The notes under the pieces are model-generated. The model saw nothing but the letters and a program-made list of their open reading frames with translations, searched no databases and was not told the origin of the DNA. A program made the translations under genes and the position numbers. Below, one piece after another: positions 48,301 to 60,214 of a stretch of 64,000 nt of DNA. The stretch's first letter is position 1. The number at the start of each line of letters is the position of its first letter. Origin of the DNA: Vitrella brassicaformis CCMP3155 (Eukaryota > Protista > Chromerida); contig CDMY01000273.1 of the NCBI GenBank assembly GCA_001179505.1, forward strand, positions 76,567-140,566, in the 5' to 3' direction.

Positions 48301-51043
48301 ATGGGTGAGTGAGCTAACACAGACAGGCACAGAGAGAGTCGTGGGTCGTGTCTGGTGGCTCATTTATGTGGTGTTGTGTGTGTGTGTGTGTGGATGGGTG
48401 TGCAGAGGTTGAAGAACGACGACGGTCGTGTGGAATGGGAGGCGTGTTACGGCACCTGGTCGGTGGTGGCGAGCCAGCGCATGGACTACGAGGTCACCAT
48501 GCGCCCGGGGCTGTTCGACCCGGCAGACGACGCACTCGCACAGTTCTACGCCAAAACCAAGAGGTGAATGACCGCCTCCACAGGCATCCACGGACGAGTG
48601 TGTGTGTGTGAGTGGATGTGTGTGTGTCTGGATGTGCAGGTGTCTAGCGTACGTTGACCCGTTGGTGTGGCAGGAGTATGGCCATCACATCAAGGCCTAC
48701 TTCGAGGCGCACAACATCGCAGCTCGGTTCGTACCGTGCGCTGCACCGGAGGAGAACAAAAACCTTGAGGTACGCCTGAGATACAAACACACACAGAAGG
48801 CCCTTTGACACATTGTCCCATGTGTGTGCGCGTGTGTGTGTGTGTGTGTGTCAGTTGCTGGCTGCCGGTGCGCAAGCCATAGTCGATTTCGGTTTGGATC
48901 GTCGGCACGAGCCCGTGTTGGCCATCGGCGGCGGTGTGCTGATGGACGTGGTGAGTTTGCTGTCGTCTCTGTACAAGCGCAGGGTGCCCTTCATCCGCAT
49001 CCCCACCACTCTCCTCGGCATCGTCGACGCGTCCATCGGCGTCAAGACGGGCGTCAACTTCGGCAAAAACAAAAACATGCTCGGCACCTACACGCCGCCC
49101 AAGGCCGTTTACATCGACACGGCCTTCCTCCGCACAGTTCCCGCACTCCACATCAGAAACGGACTCTGCGAGATCATGAAAATGGCGCTGGTGAAGGACT
49201 ACAAGCTCTTCACACTCCTCGAGGTCAGTCGAGCGACCTTAGCACCCCACAGCCCCCCATGTCCGCGCCGTTGTCAATTGTGCTGGTTGTGTTCTCTCAG
49301 GAGTTCGGTGAGTCGCTGATTGAGACGCGTTTCGGCCATCTGAGTCACGGCGACTACCGCTCGTCGGAGCTCAAGGATCTCCGCGAGGTGGGCCAGGAGG
49401 TGATCCGCAGAGCCATCCACACGATGCTCGAGGAACTCTCGTACAACCTCACCGAACAAAACCTGTACCGGTAAGCAAAACAGACAGAGAGAGCGAGAGA
49501 GAGAGAGAGGGGCACCTGCACCATCTGCTTATCTGTTTTTGTATTGGCCAGGTGCGTCGATTTCGGTCACATCTGGGGCCCGACCGTCGAGTTGTCGTCA
49601 TCGCCGCCGCTCCCCCACGGGTTCGCCGTCAACATGGACATGGCCTACTGTGCATACCTCTCCTACACCAAAGGCACCATGAGCTGGGAGGAGGCCCAGC
49701 GCGTGTGGGACTGCATGGACCGCCTGGGCCTCCCCCGCAAGCACCCCTACTTTATCGACCCGGCCCGCATGCACCCCACGCTCATGAAGATGCAGAAGAC
49801 CCAGGCCGGCATGCACAGGGTGCCGGTGCCTCTGGGTATTGGGCAGTACACCTTCCGCACCGACATCACGGCCGACGAGCTGAGAGAGGTGTGCCAGCAG
49901 TACGGTCAGGTGCTCATCATGGCCCCCGACGCGCCCACGCGGTCGCCCACGGCATCCCTGCGGTCGGGCAGCACACTCGCCGAGTCGGGCAGCGCTGGAT
50001 CGTCCCCCAGCAGCCGGCTGGCGACCCCTGCTGCTGGCGGGCTGGGGGCCACTCACCTGGTCAAGATGGGCGCCCGCGTGCATGCGACAGGGACAGGCGC
50101 TGAGGAGAGTGCGCAGCAGCCCGACACACTCATGGTGAGGAGGGGAGAGGCAGAGAGAGGGTGGGAGATGGTGGGTGAGATGGTGGGTGAGATGGTGGGT
50201 GAGATTGTGTGTGTGTGTGTGTGTGTGCGCAGGAGGTGATAGCTGATTACATGCGCAAGATAGTCAAGGCGACCAACATTGACGACGTCAAGACGTGGGC
50301 CAAGCAGGCACTGGAGCTGGTAGCAGGCATGGAGCCCCACATCGAGGCATCTTCCACTCAGGTACGCAACGAACGTCCCTCTCACCCACAGTACAACCAA
50401 CATACCAAAACGGCTGTCTGATCTGTGGGGGCTTCCTTGTGTGGATGTGATGTGTGCAGGTGTCTGATGTAGCTCGGAAGTGTCACGACGCCGCCTTTGC
50501 TGAGAACTGGGCGGAGTTGTATGCCAAGGGGGTCACCAAGAAGCGCCTCAAGAAGGAGATGGTCACCAACATACTCGAGGGCAAGGTGTGTGGGTGGGTG
50601 GGTGCGACACATGTGATTGCACGCTTTCCCGGGCTGCTGATTTTGTTGGTGGTGTTGTGCTCTCATCATCTCAGGTGTTGAATCTCTTTTGCCGCATGGT
50701 TGGCGCTCGTCGCGTGTTGGAGATCGGCATGTTCACCGGCTTCGCCACCATCTCCATGGCCGAGGCACTCCCAAATGACGGCACAGGTATGCCCTGCACA
50801 CACACACACACAGCATCTGTCCATCCATCCATCCATCCATACCTCATACTTGTCTGTGGACTGACTGTGCAGTGATCACGTTGGAGGACGAGCCGTACCT
50901 TATGGGCCTGACCAAGAAGCACTTCCAGGAGTCTCCGCACGGACAGAGAATCAGAATTGAACTGGGAGACGCTGAAACCAACCTCAAGTGAGTGTCAGCA
51001 ACGACCACCAGCGAACACACACACACATGACCCTACTGTCGCC

Positions 51044-51080
<37 letters not shown>

Positions 51081-52126
51081 TGTGTTCGTGTCTGTGTTGG
51101 TTCAGACGGCTGAAGGCCAACGGCCCGGAGGACCAATTCGACTTCGTCTTCATAGGTAGAACGAGCCACACCACAGCCCTCTTTGTCGCACATGCATCAA
51201 AAAGTGTGTGTGTGTGTGTGTGTGTTGGCCCGTGCCATCAGACGCGGACATTCAGAAGTACGGCGTGTATTTCGACACCATCATGAAGCGCGGCCTGCTC
51301 AAACCGGGGGGCGTCATCGCACTCGACAACTCGCTGCTCAAGGGACACGTTTACACCAACCTCAAACAGGCCAAGGAGGTAACCCTCACCCTACCCCTCC
51401 CACCCTACACACTCACACACACACACACACACAGCCGTGTTGCGTACACGTCCTTTCCTCTACTGGTCTTTCTGTTATCTCACTTAGGGACTGGCACGCA
51501 CCAAGGCGAGTGACCTGGCCGATGCGGCAGCCATCCGTCGGTTCAACGTCCGGGTGTCGAGCGACCCGCGATTCGAGTGCGTCCTCCTGCCCATCCGCAA
51601 CGGCCTCACCCTCCTCCGCCACAAGCCCCAGGCATTCTCACCCAACCTCAGGGCATCCCTCGACGTCCCACTCGCCATGTTCACCACCATGCCCGTCCCC
51701 GCCGCCCCTCAGACACAGCCACAGATACAGCAGGTGCCCACGGCCACCCTGGCCAACAATAACAGCAGCACCGACGCGGGGGCGACGCACGACGCCATCA
51801 AGCGGCTGTACTACCAGCTGCTGCTGCAGCACGCCCAGTGCAGCTACAAGCTCTACCCTCACCCTGAGAACCCCGCACCGGGCGAGTCGCCGCTGGTCTG
51901 CGGCCCCGGCGCGATGCCGCTGCTGGTGGCCGGCATGGGGATGGGCGTGACCGCACTGGCGGGGGCGGGCGCTGGCGTTTCCCGCACCGACTCGCCCTTC
52001 ACCAAGAAGTCGGTCGACTACGCCAGCCTGGACCTCATGGCGGGGGGCGGGGGGTGCGGGGAGAAGCTGGCCTCGGGGCTCCTCACGCCACCTGTCGTGG
52101 AGCTGGCGCGACACAGAACAGGATAG
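45326..52126 (+). CDS. Tandem sedoheptulose-7-phosphate cyclase (DHQS-like: EEVS/DDGS) domains fused to a MysB-type O-methyltransferase; interrupted by a gap
   Basis: Cyclase motifs IGGGVLMDVV..YKRR.PFIRIPTT.LGIVDASIGVKTGVNF, GLCEIMKMAL, MLEEL..NL.E, DFGHIWGP and PHGFAVN.DMA occur twice; a third, divergent N-half lies at 45660-46030. OMT: LVAGMEPHIEASST..ENWAELY..KEMVTNILEG..RVLEIGMFTGF, FDFVFIDAD, GGVIALDN, LLPIRNGLTLLR. Confidence 0.9.
46091..46390. other. Assembly gap (300 N placeholder) inside the cyclase gene
   Basis: Run of 300 N. Confidence 0.99.
46391..49186 (+). repeat. Near-identical direct duplication, 46391-47446 = 48131-49186 (offset 1740 bp)
   Basis: Exons and introns identical apart from a few substitutions (e.g. 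cctgtcttg/cccgtgttg, actttcctc/actctcctc); copies diverge after aaaatggc. Confidence 0.95.
50165..50200. repeat. 12-bp tandem repeat (gagatggtgggt)x3 in an intron
   Basis: Directly visible. Confidence 0.9.
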
Positions 52127-55100
52127 ACACAGATAGGCCGACGATCGAACCGGTTGGCGTGGCGTGGCGTGGCGTGTGTAGCGTAATGGTATGCACTTTC
52201 TTGGTGATTGAGCGAGCGAGAAAAGGATATCGGATCGAGAGAGGGACAGTGAGGGGAGCGGCGCGACTGTGAGGAAAGAGAGATAGAGGGTCTGTGTGCT
52301 GTTTGCGGTGATGTATATTGATTCGTTCATTCGTCGCGCGAAGCGCTCCTCTGTAGTCAGTCGATCGATGCTCGCTCACAGAGAGAGAAAGAGATGAGAA
52401 AGATAACCCAGGGGAGGGACGTCCTGACTAGACTGCATGGATGCTTGCCTGTGCGTGGTGTGCGTCGTGTGTTGTGTGCGTGCAGATCACCTGCACGGCA
52501 TAAGCCCTGCACGGCATAAGCCTTCTATCGCTGCTGCCATGCCGCCTCGTGTCGCTGGCCGTCTGTCAAGTGACTTGTATGAGGCGCAATTTTCCCTTCG
52601 TGGCCTGACTGACTGACTGGTGCCTCGATGACGCGGTGCGTGTGTGTGTGTGTGTGTGTGTGTTGGGGCGAAACAAGGCGAATTTGAGCAAGAACTGATG
52701 CATTCGGTGGGGGGGTGCTGCTACTCTCCTCTCTCTCTCTCTCTCTCTCTCTCCCGGGTGGCTCCTCTCTCTCCCACTGCTGTAAATACCTTTGCTGTCG
52801 GTCTGGCCTGTCCAGTTCTTGCTCATTCGGCCTCCTCTGTCTGTGTTGTGTGAAATGGCGTTCTGCCTACTATCGCGCCACCGATGCGTGATAGCTGGGT
52901 CGGCGGGATGGATGGATGGATGGACACACCGTTCGTACGTCGAGGCGTTTTTGTGCTGTTTTCTCACCTGTGTGTATGCGCGTCGATGCGTCTGTTGGGG
53001 GGTCTGTCTATCTGTGTGTCTGTGTGTCTGAGTGTGTGTATGGTAGAGGTCACAGGCGGGCGGGCAGGCAGGCAGGCAGGCAGATAGGCAGGCGTTCATG
53101 TGGCGCTACGCCGCATCTACCGACAGACGAGACGAGACGAGACAAGAACGAAGCGAGTCCAAGAAAGAAATGAACGACCACGGAAACAGCGCAATGGCTG
53201 GTATTTCTGACAAGGCAGGCGCTGGCGCACGGAGTGAGCCTCCCCCCTCCCTCCCTCCCTCATGTGTAGATATGTACGCTATGTAACCCTTGCTGCCTAT
53301 GCACACCACCCCGTGCGCCTGCCTCTGTCTGCCCGCGTTGCCTCCGGCAGCTCGTCTGTCCCACCCATTTTGAGGCCTGCCCATGTACCTATCTGCATGT
53401 CTGTCTGCATTGATTCACATCACAGGCCGCACGTGCGTACAAAACGGCTCGTTTGTGTGGCCTGCCGTCGGTCCTTTATTCTGTCCACATGATGGATGGA
53501 TGGATTCATATGATGCAGCTTTTCTACTCGCAATGCGAAGGGGAGCAACACTACCGTGGCTGTGTGTGTGTGTGTGTGTGTGTGTCGAGAACGCATTTAA
53601 TCGCCGAGCCAACAAGGGGGCTCCAGGCCGCCCGGCTCGCTTACACCACAGAGAAGGAGTCATTTTCTTATATCGCTCGCCACAGACAGCGGGCAAGCTG
53701 CTTTAGAGATTCATCGAAGGGGGAGATTGGGAGCCTATGGTGTCTGTGTGCGTGTGTGCGTGCCTTTCTGGTATGTGTTGATGGAGAGACGGATCAACAC
53801 CGTGTGCTGGTTTTGCCGTCCCCCCCAAGTGTATCGTTTTGTCACCGTCCTCACCCCGTCGTCTCTCGACCCGTTTTGTCGCCAGTTTTGGTTTCTGATG
53901 GGATGACGTTTGGAACAAACGGACAACACAGCTACGCTGTCACACATGGATGGTGTGTTGGATGGATGGTGTCATGCCCGTGTACCGTACGCGAGAGTGA
54001 TATGTTGGTTTTGAGCGACTCAATGCGTCCGTCCGTCTGTCTGTCTGTCGGTGCGTCTGTGTGAGGGTGTGGGCGTCTGTGTGAGGGTGTGGGCGTAGAG
54101 GAGGGGACATGACACTGACACACCGTCGGTCGACTCGCCATACTGAAGCGTCTGTGTTGAGCTTGGCCAGTTGGGGAGGACACAGGCACACACCCAACAC
54201 ACACTGCTGCTGCATACCGGTGATGGAGGACACATATGATCTGATCGTGCGGTGACCTGACCTGGTGTTTGTGAGAGTGGTGCCTGTGTGTGGGGGCGAT
54301 ACACACACGGATGCACACATACTGCGTGAGTGAGTGAGTGCGTGTGCGTACAAGAGAGCGCAGCGCGATGAGCTGAGAGAGCACTGACTGGTCGAGAGCT
54401 GCATACCATACAGACGGGAAACTTACACACCGACCCTGCTCATGCGATGTGAGAGGGAGGCGTCTCATTCATTGAGAGAGGAGGGGAGAGGCGAGGGAAC
54501 TGCTCCCAACTCACTGGCTGCTCTAGACCTGTTCGCTCACTTATCGCTCACTTGCATACCATATACCCCCACACACTTACTCTCGTACTCACTGGCTGGC
54601 TGCATGAGTTCATGTGATGTGTGACAGACATGTCCGGGGCGTGTGTGGTGTGGTGTGTGTCGCATGTGGCCATGACTCTCTCTGTGTGTGTGAGTGCGTC
54701 TGCGTACGTCTGTCTGTGTGTCTCCTGCCCGGTATTGCGTAAGATGAGGATGGATCTGGCTAACACCACACCACACACGATGACAGTGACACAAAGCGAG
54801 ATATATACGCGAGCACGAGGACAGCTGAATAGCTCTGCATGCGTGGCGTACGTGTCGGGTCTGTATGGTATGGTCTATCTCTTTCCACTATATATGGTCT
54901 ATCTAGTCTGTCGGTCTTCTGTCTATCTGTCTTTCTGTCTGTCTGTCTGTCTGTCTGGGTCGTCGCGTGACGCGTTGCGGGGTGACTCACAAAGCATGGA
55001 GAGAAGGAAGGGCAGCAGAAAGAGTTGAACTGAGTTTGGGGAGCGATTAGTTCTCAGAGAGCACAACGATGGGTGCCAATGGAATATCTCCATATCGTCC

Positions 55101-55309
55101 GTTCTACAGCCACACGCAGCTAGTGGACAGATCTGCATGGATGGACTCTCTCACTCTCTTCGTACGAATCAACACCCTCAACACAAACCGAGGCAAACAT
55201 CCCCCACGTATTTACGCGCATGGCCACTGAATGCGCGCATTCGATGCGCGTGCTTTCAGTGGTGACTTCCGATGAGTGGTTTGTTCTGGTGATGGTGGTC
55301 TGGTCCGTT

Positions 55310-58300
55310 CAGTTGGGTGAGCGTCGGTGGTGAGCGTTGCCGAGCCCCACCGACCTACCGCGGACCGTGCATCAGAGAGGCCGACTTCACTGGTCAGTCA
55401 GTGGCCACACAAACACGACACAGACAAGCGACACGATGGCTGCATCCAATTGTCTGTGGATGTGTCAGGGCACGACGAGCGGCTGAAGGCCGTGTGGGCG
55501 CCTGAGTGCGGTGTGTCCTGGCCGTGCCGCGTCGCGTGTGAGCCAGACTTGTCGATCATGTGTCCGCTGGGGTGGGCCGAGGTCAACGACACCCACTGCA
55601 CCGCACCGGCCTACTACCGCGGCCGGTGCGGCGCCACACAGCCGGTCGGCCTGCTGAGCGATGAGAAGAAGCGCATCTTCATGCACGCGTGTGAGGTGGA
55701 GTGGCGATGCGACGACAGACAACACATGGACCTCACACACAAATGGTAAACCATCCTCGGATGCACCGAAAGGGACACACACAGTGAGTGATTGTGTGTG
55801 TCTACCTGATGCAGTCCTCTCGGCTGGCCGTCTGCCAGTGACAGTACGGCCGCATGCACAGCCCCGCCTCACTACCAAGGCCCCTGTCCATCCACACTCA
55901 TCACCGCCGACGTCGACCAAGTGGGCCACCGCACCACTGGCTCATTCGTATGCGTCGAGCCCCTAATTTGTGTGACAATTTCTTGCAGGAGGGCAAGTAT
56001 CGTCTGGCTGTCCGCTGTCACCTCATGTGGCCCCCGAGGGCAGCGTGCGACTACGACTTCACTGCCGAGTGTCCGCTGGGAATGGCGAAAGCCCCGCGGC
56101 GGGTCCCTCCTCTCCTCGCCCACAGACACCGACTACAGCGGCCCGTGCGCCACACGCGTCGACTTCTCGTCCTTCACCGCTCACATGAAGGCGGCGTGGG
56201 CGGCCGCGTGCAACGCCCCGTTCCCTTGTCGCGCCTTCATCCCTCCCAAGCCATCCAAGCGGCCGGCCCGCCCTGTCACCACCCGCGTGGGCCTTCCAGA
56301 CATCGACGGACCCATCCGTGCATCCGACGGCGCCATCATACCACCAAATGTGAGCAGCGTGCCACCTCAGCTGCCGAGCGAGGGCGACTACGATGCCGCG
56401 ACTTTGGCGGCCAGCGAAGAGCGGATCGAACAGCTGGCGAAGGCAGAGGCCGCCTACCGCCACACCGACCCCGCATTGGCCCGTGACATCAGGAATGTGA
56501 GAATGCTCATTCAGAATCGGGGGAGTGCGGCCGTGTTGCATCGCTTCAGAGAGGTCAGCGGCCTGCTGCCTGTCGGGCGAGAGGGCCCACTGACCAGAGA
56601 GAACTGGCGCGCCGACAGACTGCTGCCCGGCCTGCCGCACATCGGCTTCGATGCCTTCGTTGGACGCGTGTACCCATTCGTAAGCAAATGCAGCAGAGAG
56701 GCCACACACCCCCACTCATGTGTGTGTCTCTCTGTGCGTGTCGCTTGTGTGTGCAGCGCACAATGGTCGATGCGGCGTTGGTGTCTCAGCGCGACAGCCA
56801 GCGGAGCGTAATGGACCTGTATGATGGCCAGGGCAGCTCACCCATCTGCACACAGGACTTCACGCAGCTGTGCCCGATCGGTTGGGAGAAGATCAGCCCG
56901 TCGCTGTGCCGCGCGCCCGACACTTATTCGCTCGTCGGCCCGTGTCCGCGCGTCCACAGCTTCGCCGACCTGTCCTACAGGTACACACAGAGACACACAT
57001 GGATGAGGGGGACACCACGAGATGTCTTTCTGTGTGTGTGTGTGTGTTGTGCAGAGAGAAGGAGGAGTACGCCGTCAAGTGCGATGTCCGATGGCCTTGC
57101 AAGGTCAGACAACACATACACGAGACGGACGCCAACTAACTAATCCACACATTTGGCGTCGTGTGTGTGTGACTCCATCCATCAGTCCACAGAAGTGCTA
57201 CCGCTCCTACACGGAGCCTTGTCCAGCCGGCTGGCGCGACGTGGGCGGCGGCTACTGCAGAGCACCAAAGGCATACACCGACACGAACGGCAGATGCAAG
57301 ACCCTCATCAGCTTCGCATACGCCGACCAGACAACGAGACGTCTGTGGGCACAGGTGCGGATGTCTCTCCGTGCGCATGTGTGTGTGTGTATCTCTCTCT
57401 CTCTCTCTGTCTCTGTGTGTGAGTGAATCTGGTAGGACTGTGGCGCCGACTGGCCATGTCAGGAGCAGTGTGAGCCGGACCTCGCGGCAGCTTGTCCCCT
57501 CGGCTGGACNNNNNNNNNNNNNNNNNNNNNNNNNNNNNNNNNNNNNNNNNNNNNNNNNNNNNNNNNNNNNNNNNNNNNNNNNNNNNNNNNNNNNNNNNNN
57601 NNNNNNNNNNNNNNNNNNNNNNNNNNNNNNNNNNNNNNNNNNNNNNNNNNNNNNNNNNNNNNNNNNNNNNNNNNNNNNNNNNNNNNNNNNNNNNNNNNNN
57701 NNNNNNNNNNNNNNNNNNNNNNNNNNNNNNNNNNNNNNNNNNNNNNNNNNNNNNNNNNNNNNNNNNNNNNNNNNNNNNNNNNNNNNNNNNNNNNNNNNNN
57801 NNNNNNNNNCCACCTCAGCTGCCGAGCGAGGGCGACTACGATGCCGCGACTTTGGCGGCCAGCGAAGAGCGGATCGAACAGCTGGCGAAGGCAGAGGCCG
57901 CCTACCGCCACACCGACCCCGCATTGGCCCGAGATCTCAGGAACGTGAGAATGCTCATTCAGAATCGGGGGAGTGCGGCAGTGTTGCATCGCTTCAGAGA
58001 GGTCAGCGGCCTGCTGCCTGTCGGGCGAGAGGGCCCACTGACCAGAGAGAACTGGCGCGCCGACAGACTGCTGCCCGGCCTGCCGCACATCGGCTTCGAT
58101 GCCTTCGGGACGCGTGTACCCATTCGTAAGGCCGCCACACCCACACACCCCCACTCATGTGTGTGTCTCTCTGTGCGTGTCGCTTGTGTGTGCAGCGCAC
58201 AAAGGTCGATGCGGCGTTGGTGTCTCAGCGCGACAGCCAGCGGAGCGTAATGGACCTGTATGATGGCCAGGGCAGCTCACCCATCTGCACACAGGACTTC

Positions 58301-60129
58301 ACGCAGCTGTGCCCGCTCGGTTGGGAGAAGATCAGCCCGTCGCTGTGCCGCGCGCCCGACACTTGTTCGCTCGTCGGCCCGTGTCCGCGCGTCCACAGCT
58401 TCGCCGACCTGTCCTACAGGTACACACAGAGACACACACAGATGAGTGGGACACCACGAGATGTCTTTCTGTGTGTGTGTGTGTTGTGCAGAGAGAAGGA
58501 GGAGTACGCCGTCAAGTGCGATGTCCGATGGCCTTGCAAGGTCAGACAACACATACACGAGACGGACGCCAACTAACTAATCCACACATTTGGCGTCGTG
58601 TGTGTGTGTGACTCCATCCATCCGTCCACAGAAGTGCTACCGCTCCTACACGGAGCCTTGTCCAGCCGGCTGGCGCGACGTGGGCGGCGGCTACTGCAGA
58701 GCACCAAAGGCATACACCGACACGAACGGCAGATGCGAGACCCTCATCAGCTTCGCATACGCCGACCAGACAACGAGACGTCTGTGGGCACAGGTGCGGA
58801 TGTCTCTCCGTGCGCATGTGTGTGTGTGTATCTCTCTCTCTCTCTCTGTCTCTGTGTGTGAGTGAATCTGGTAGGACTGTGGCGCCGACTGGCCATGTCA
58901 GGAGCAGTGTGAGCCGGACCTCGCGGCAGCTTGTCCCCTCGGCTGGACGCACCGCCCGTCGGCCAGCGGCGAGGAGGGCGGCAATGTCTGCAGCGCCCCG
59001 GCCGAGTACGCTGGCCCGTGTGATCGCGAGTTGGTGATGCCCGAGCTGCCGCAAGAGAAGCTGCAGCTCATGGACGAATGCACCTTCAGTTTCCCATTCA
59101 TCAGTAAGTCTGCGCAGATGGGGTGGACACATGCACTTCATCCAAGAGGCCCTCTGTGTCTGTGTTTGTGTTTGCAGAGAAGTGCGAGGTATGTGTGGGT
59201 GGAGCGTATTGACATGTGTTGTGGCGGCTCACGTCTGTCTGTCTGCAGATGGACTTCTGGCAGAAGTGCCCCGTCGGATGGACACTCAAAGGCACACCAC
59301 ATCACACCACACACACGACATGATGTGACAACATGAGCATGTGTTCGGCTCATGCGCTCAGGCTTTGCCTTTGGCAAGTGCGTCGCCCCAAAAACATATA
59401 CAGGCGCCTGCCCACGCACCCAGAGGCAGGACCCACACGCAGATTGAAAGAACCATCTGTGCTGTGCACATTGGGGGGGTAATGTGAGGTGTGTGTGTCA
59501 GTTTCATTCTGTGGTCCAAGGAGGACAAGTATCGGTGGACTCAGCTGTGCCACGCCGAGTGGCCGTGCAAGGGAAAATGCATGCAGGACTGGACATACGT
59601 AAGAGCAGACACTCAGTTGCCATTCCATCCATCTCGATGTGTGTGTGCGTCTGGCTCGCAGAAGTGTCCCTTCGGGTGGCGCCGCGTCATCAAGCTGCCG
59701 ATCTTCAAGGCAAAACCAAAGCTGCGGTCCGCCCCACACACCGAAACATACAGACAGACCATCGCACATGGATGTGTCTCTGTCGACACACCACAGTGTG
59801 TTGGTGCCGGTCGTGTGCAAGCCGCCGCCTTCGTATGACGGCCCATGTGGCAGCATGAGACAAGACCTCACCAACTTCGACTTCGCCGCCAAGGTAATTA
59901 GCACAGCACACCACCCAGGCGGCATGTGATGTCCGTGTGTGTGTGTGTGCAGAGGGCGTTTGCGTTTAGGTGCCAGTTGCGTTGGCCGTGTCGAGGTTCC
60001 GCTGGCGGCTCTCTCTTTGCGTCGCGCGGCATCAACGTCCGCATCAACCCCCTCTTCCAGCGGTCGACACTTAAGGACGACGCGGCGGCCAGGAAGAAGA
60101 CAGAGAGAGCTTTCACACTCACTACATAA
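55310..60129 (+). CDS. Multi-domain CPW-WPC family protein (about 7-8 domains after removing the duplication; 5' end not found; frameshift present)
   Basis: Repeated C..D....CP.GW.....C.AP..Y.GPC....W...C...WPC units, e.g. CTQDFTQLCPIGWEKISPSLCRAPDTY..GPC..KCDVRWPC, CPAGW..CRAPKAY, CHAEWPC, CQLRWPC. Confidence 0.85.
56362..58948 (+). repeat. Near-identical duplication across a gap, 56362-57509 = 57810-58948
   Basis: The right contig restarts with sequence already present ~1.15 kb before the left contig end; SNPs and small indels differ. Typical of an uncollapsed overlap or haplotype. Confidence 0.95.
57510..57809. other. Assembly gap (300 N placeholder)
   Basis: Run of 300 N. Confidence 0.99.
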
Positions 60130-60214
60130 CATGAGACGAGATAAGATGAGATGAGATGAGATGAGATGAGCCCGTCGATGGATCAACTGAGAGGGACATC
60201 AATGCAAAGCAATT

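Noticed and set aside
45326-52126. Calling the gene ordinary shikimate-pathway AroB (DHQ synthase)
   Set aside because: GVK rather than GGK, GHIWGP lacking the second His of GHTxGHA, and fusion to a MysB-like OMT point to the sedoheptulose-7-P cyclase branch
52491-54096. Tiny direct repeats (ctgcacggcataagcc x2 at 52491; 20-mer x2 at ~54053) and short ORFs in the intergenic region
   Set aside because: Consistent with local slippage; no coding or structural support
55229-55242. Perfect 14-bp palindrome gaatgcgcgcattc upstream of CPW-WPC
   Set aside because: A few palindromes of this length are expected by chance in 64 kb
56362-58948. Apparent tandem expansion of CPW-WPC domains
   Set aside because: The duplicate begins exactly at a placeholder gap and repeats the end of the previous contig; an uncollapsed overlap or haplotype is the simplest explanation
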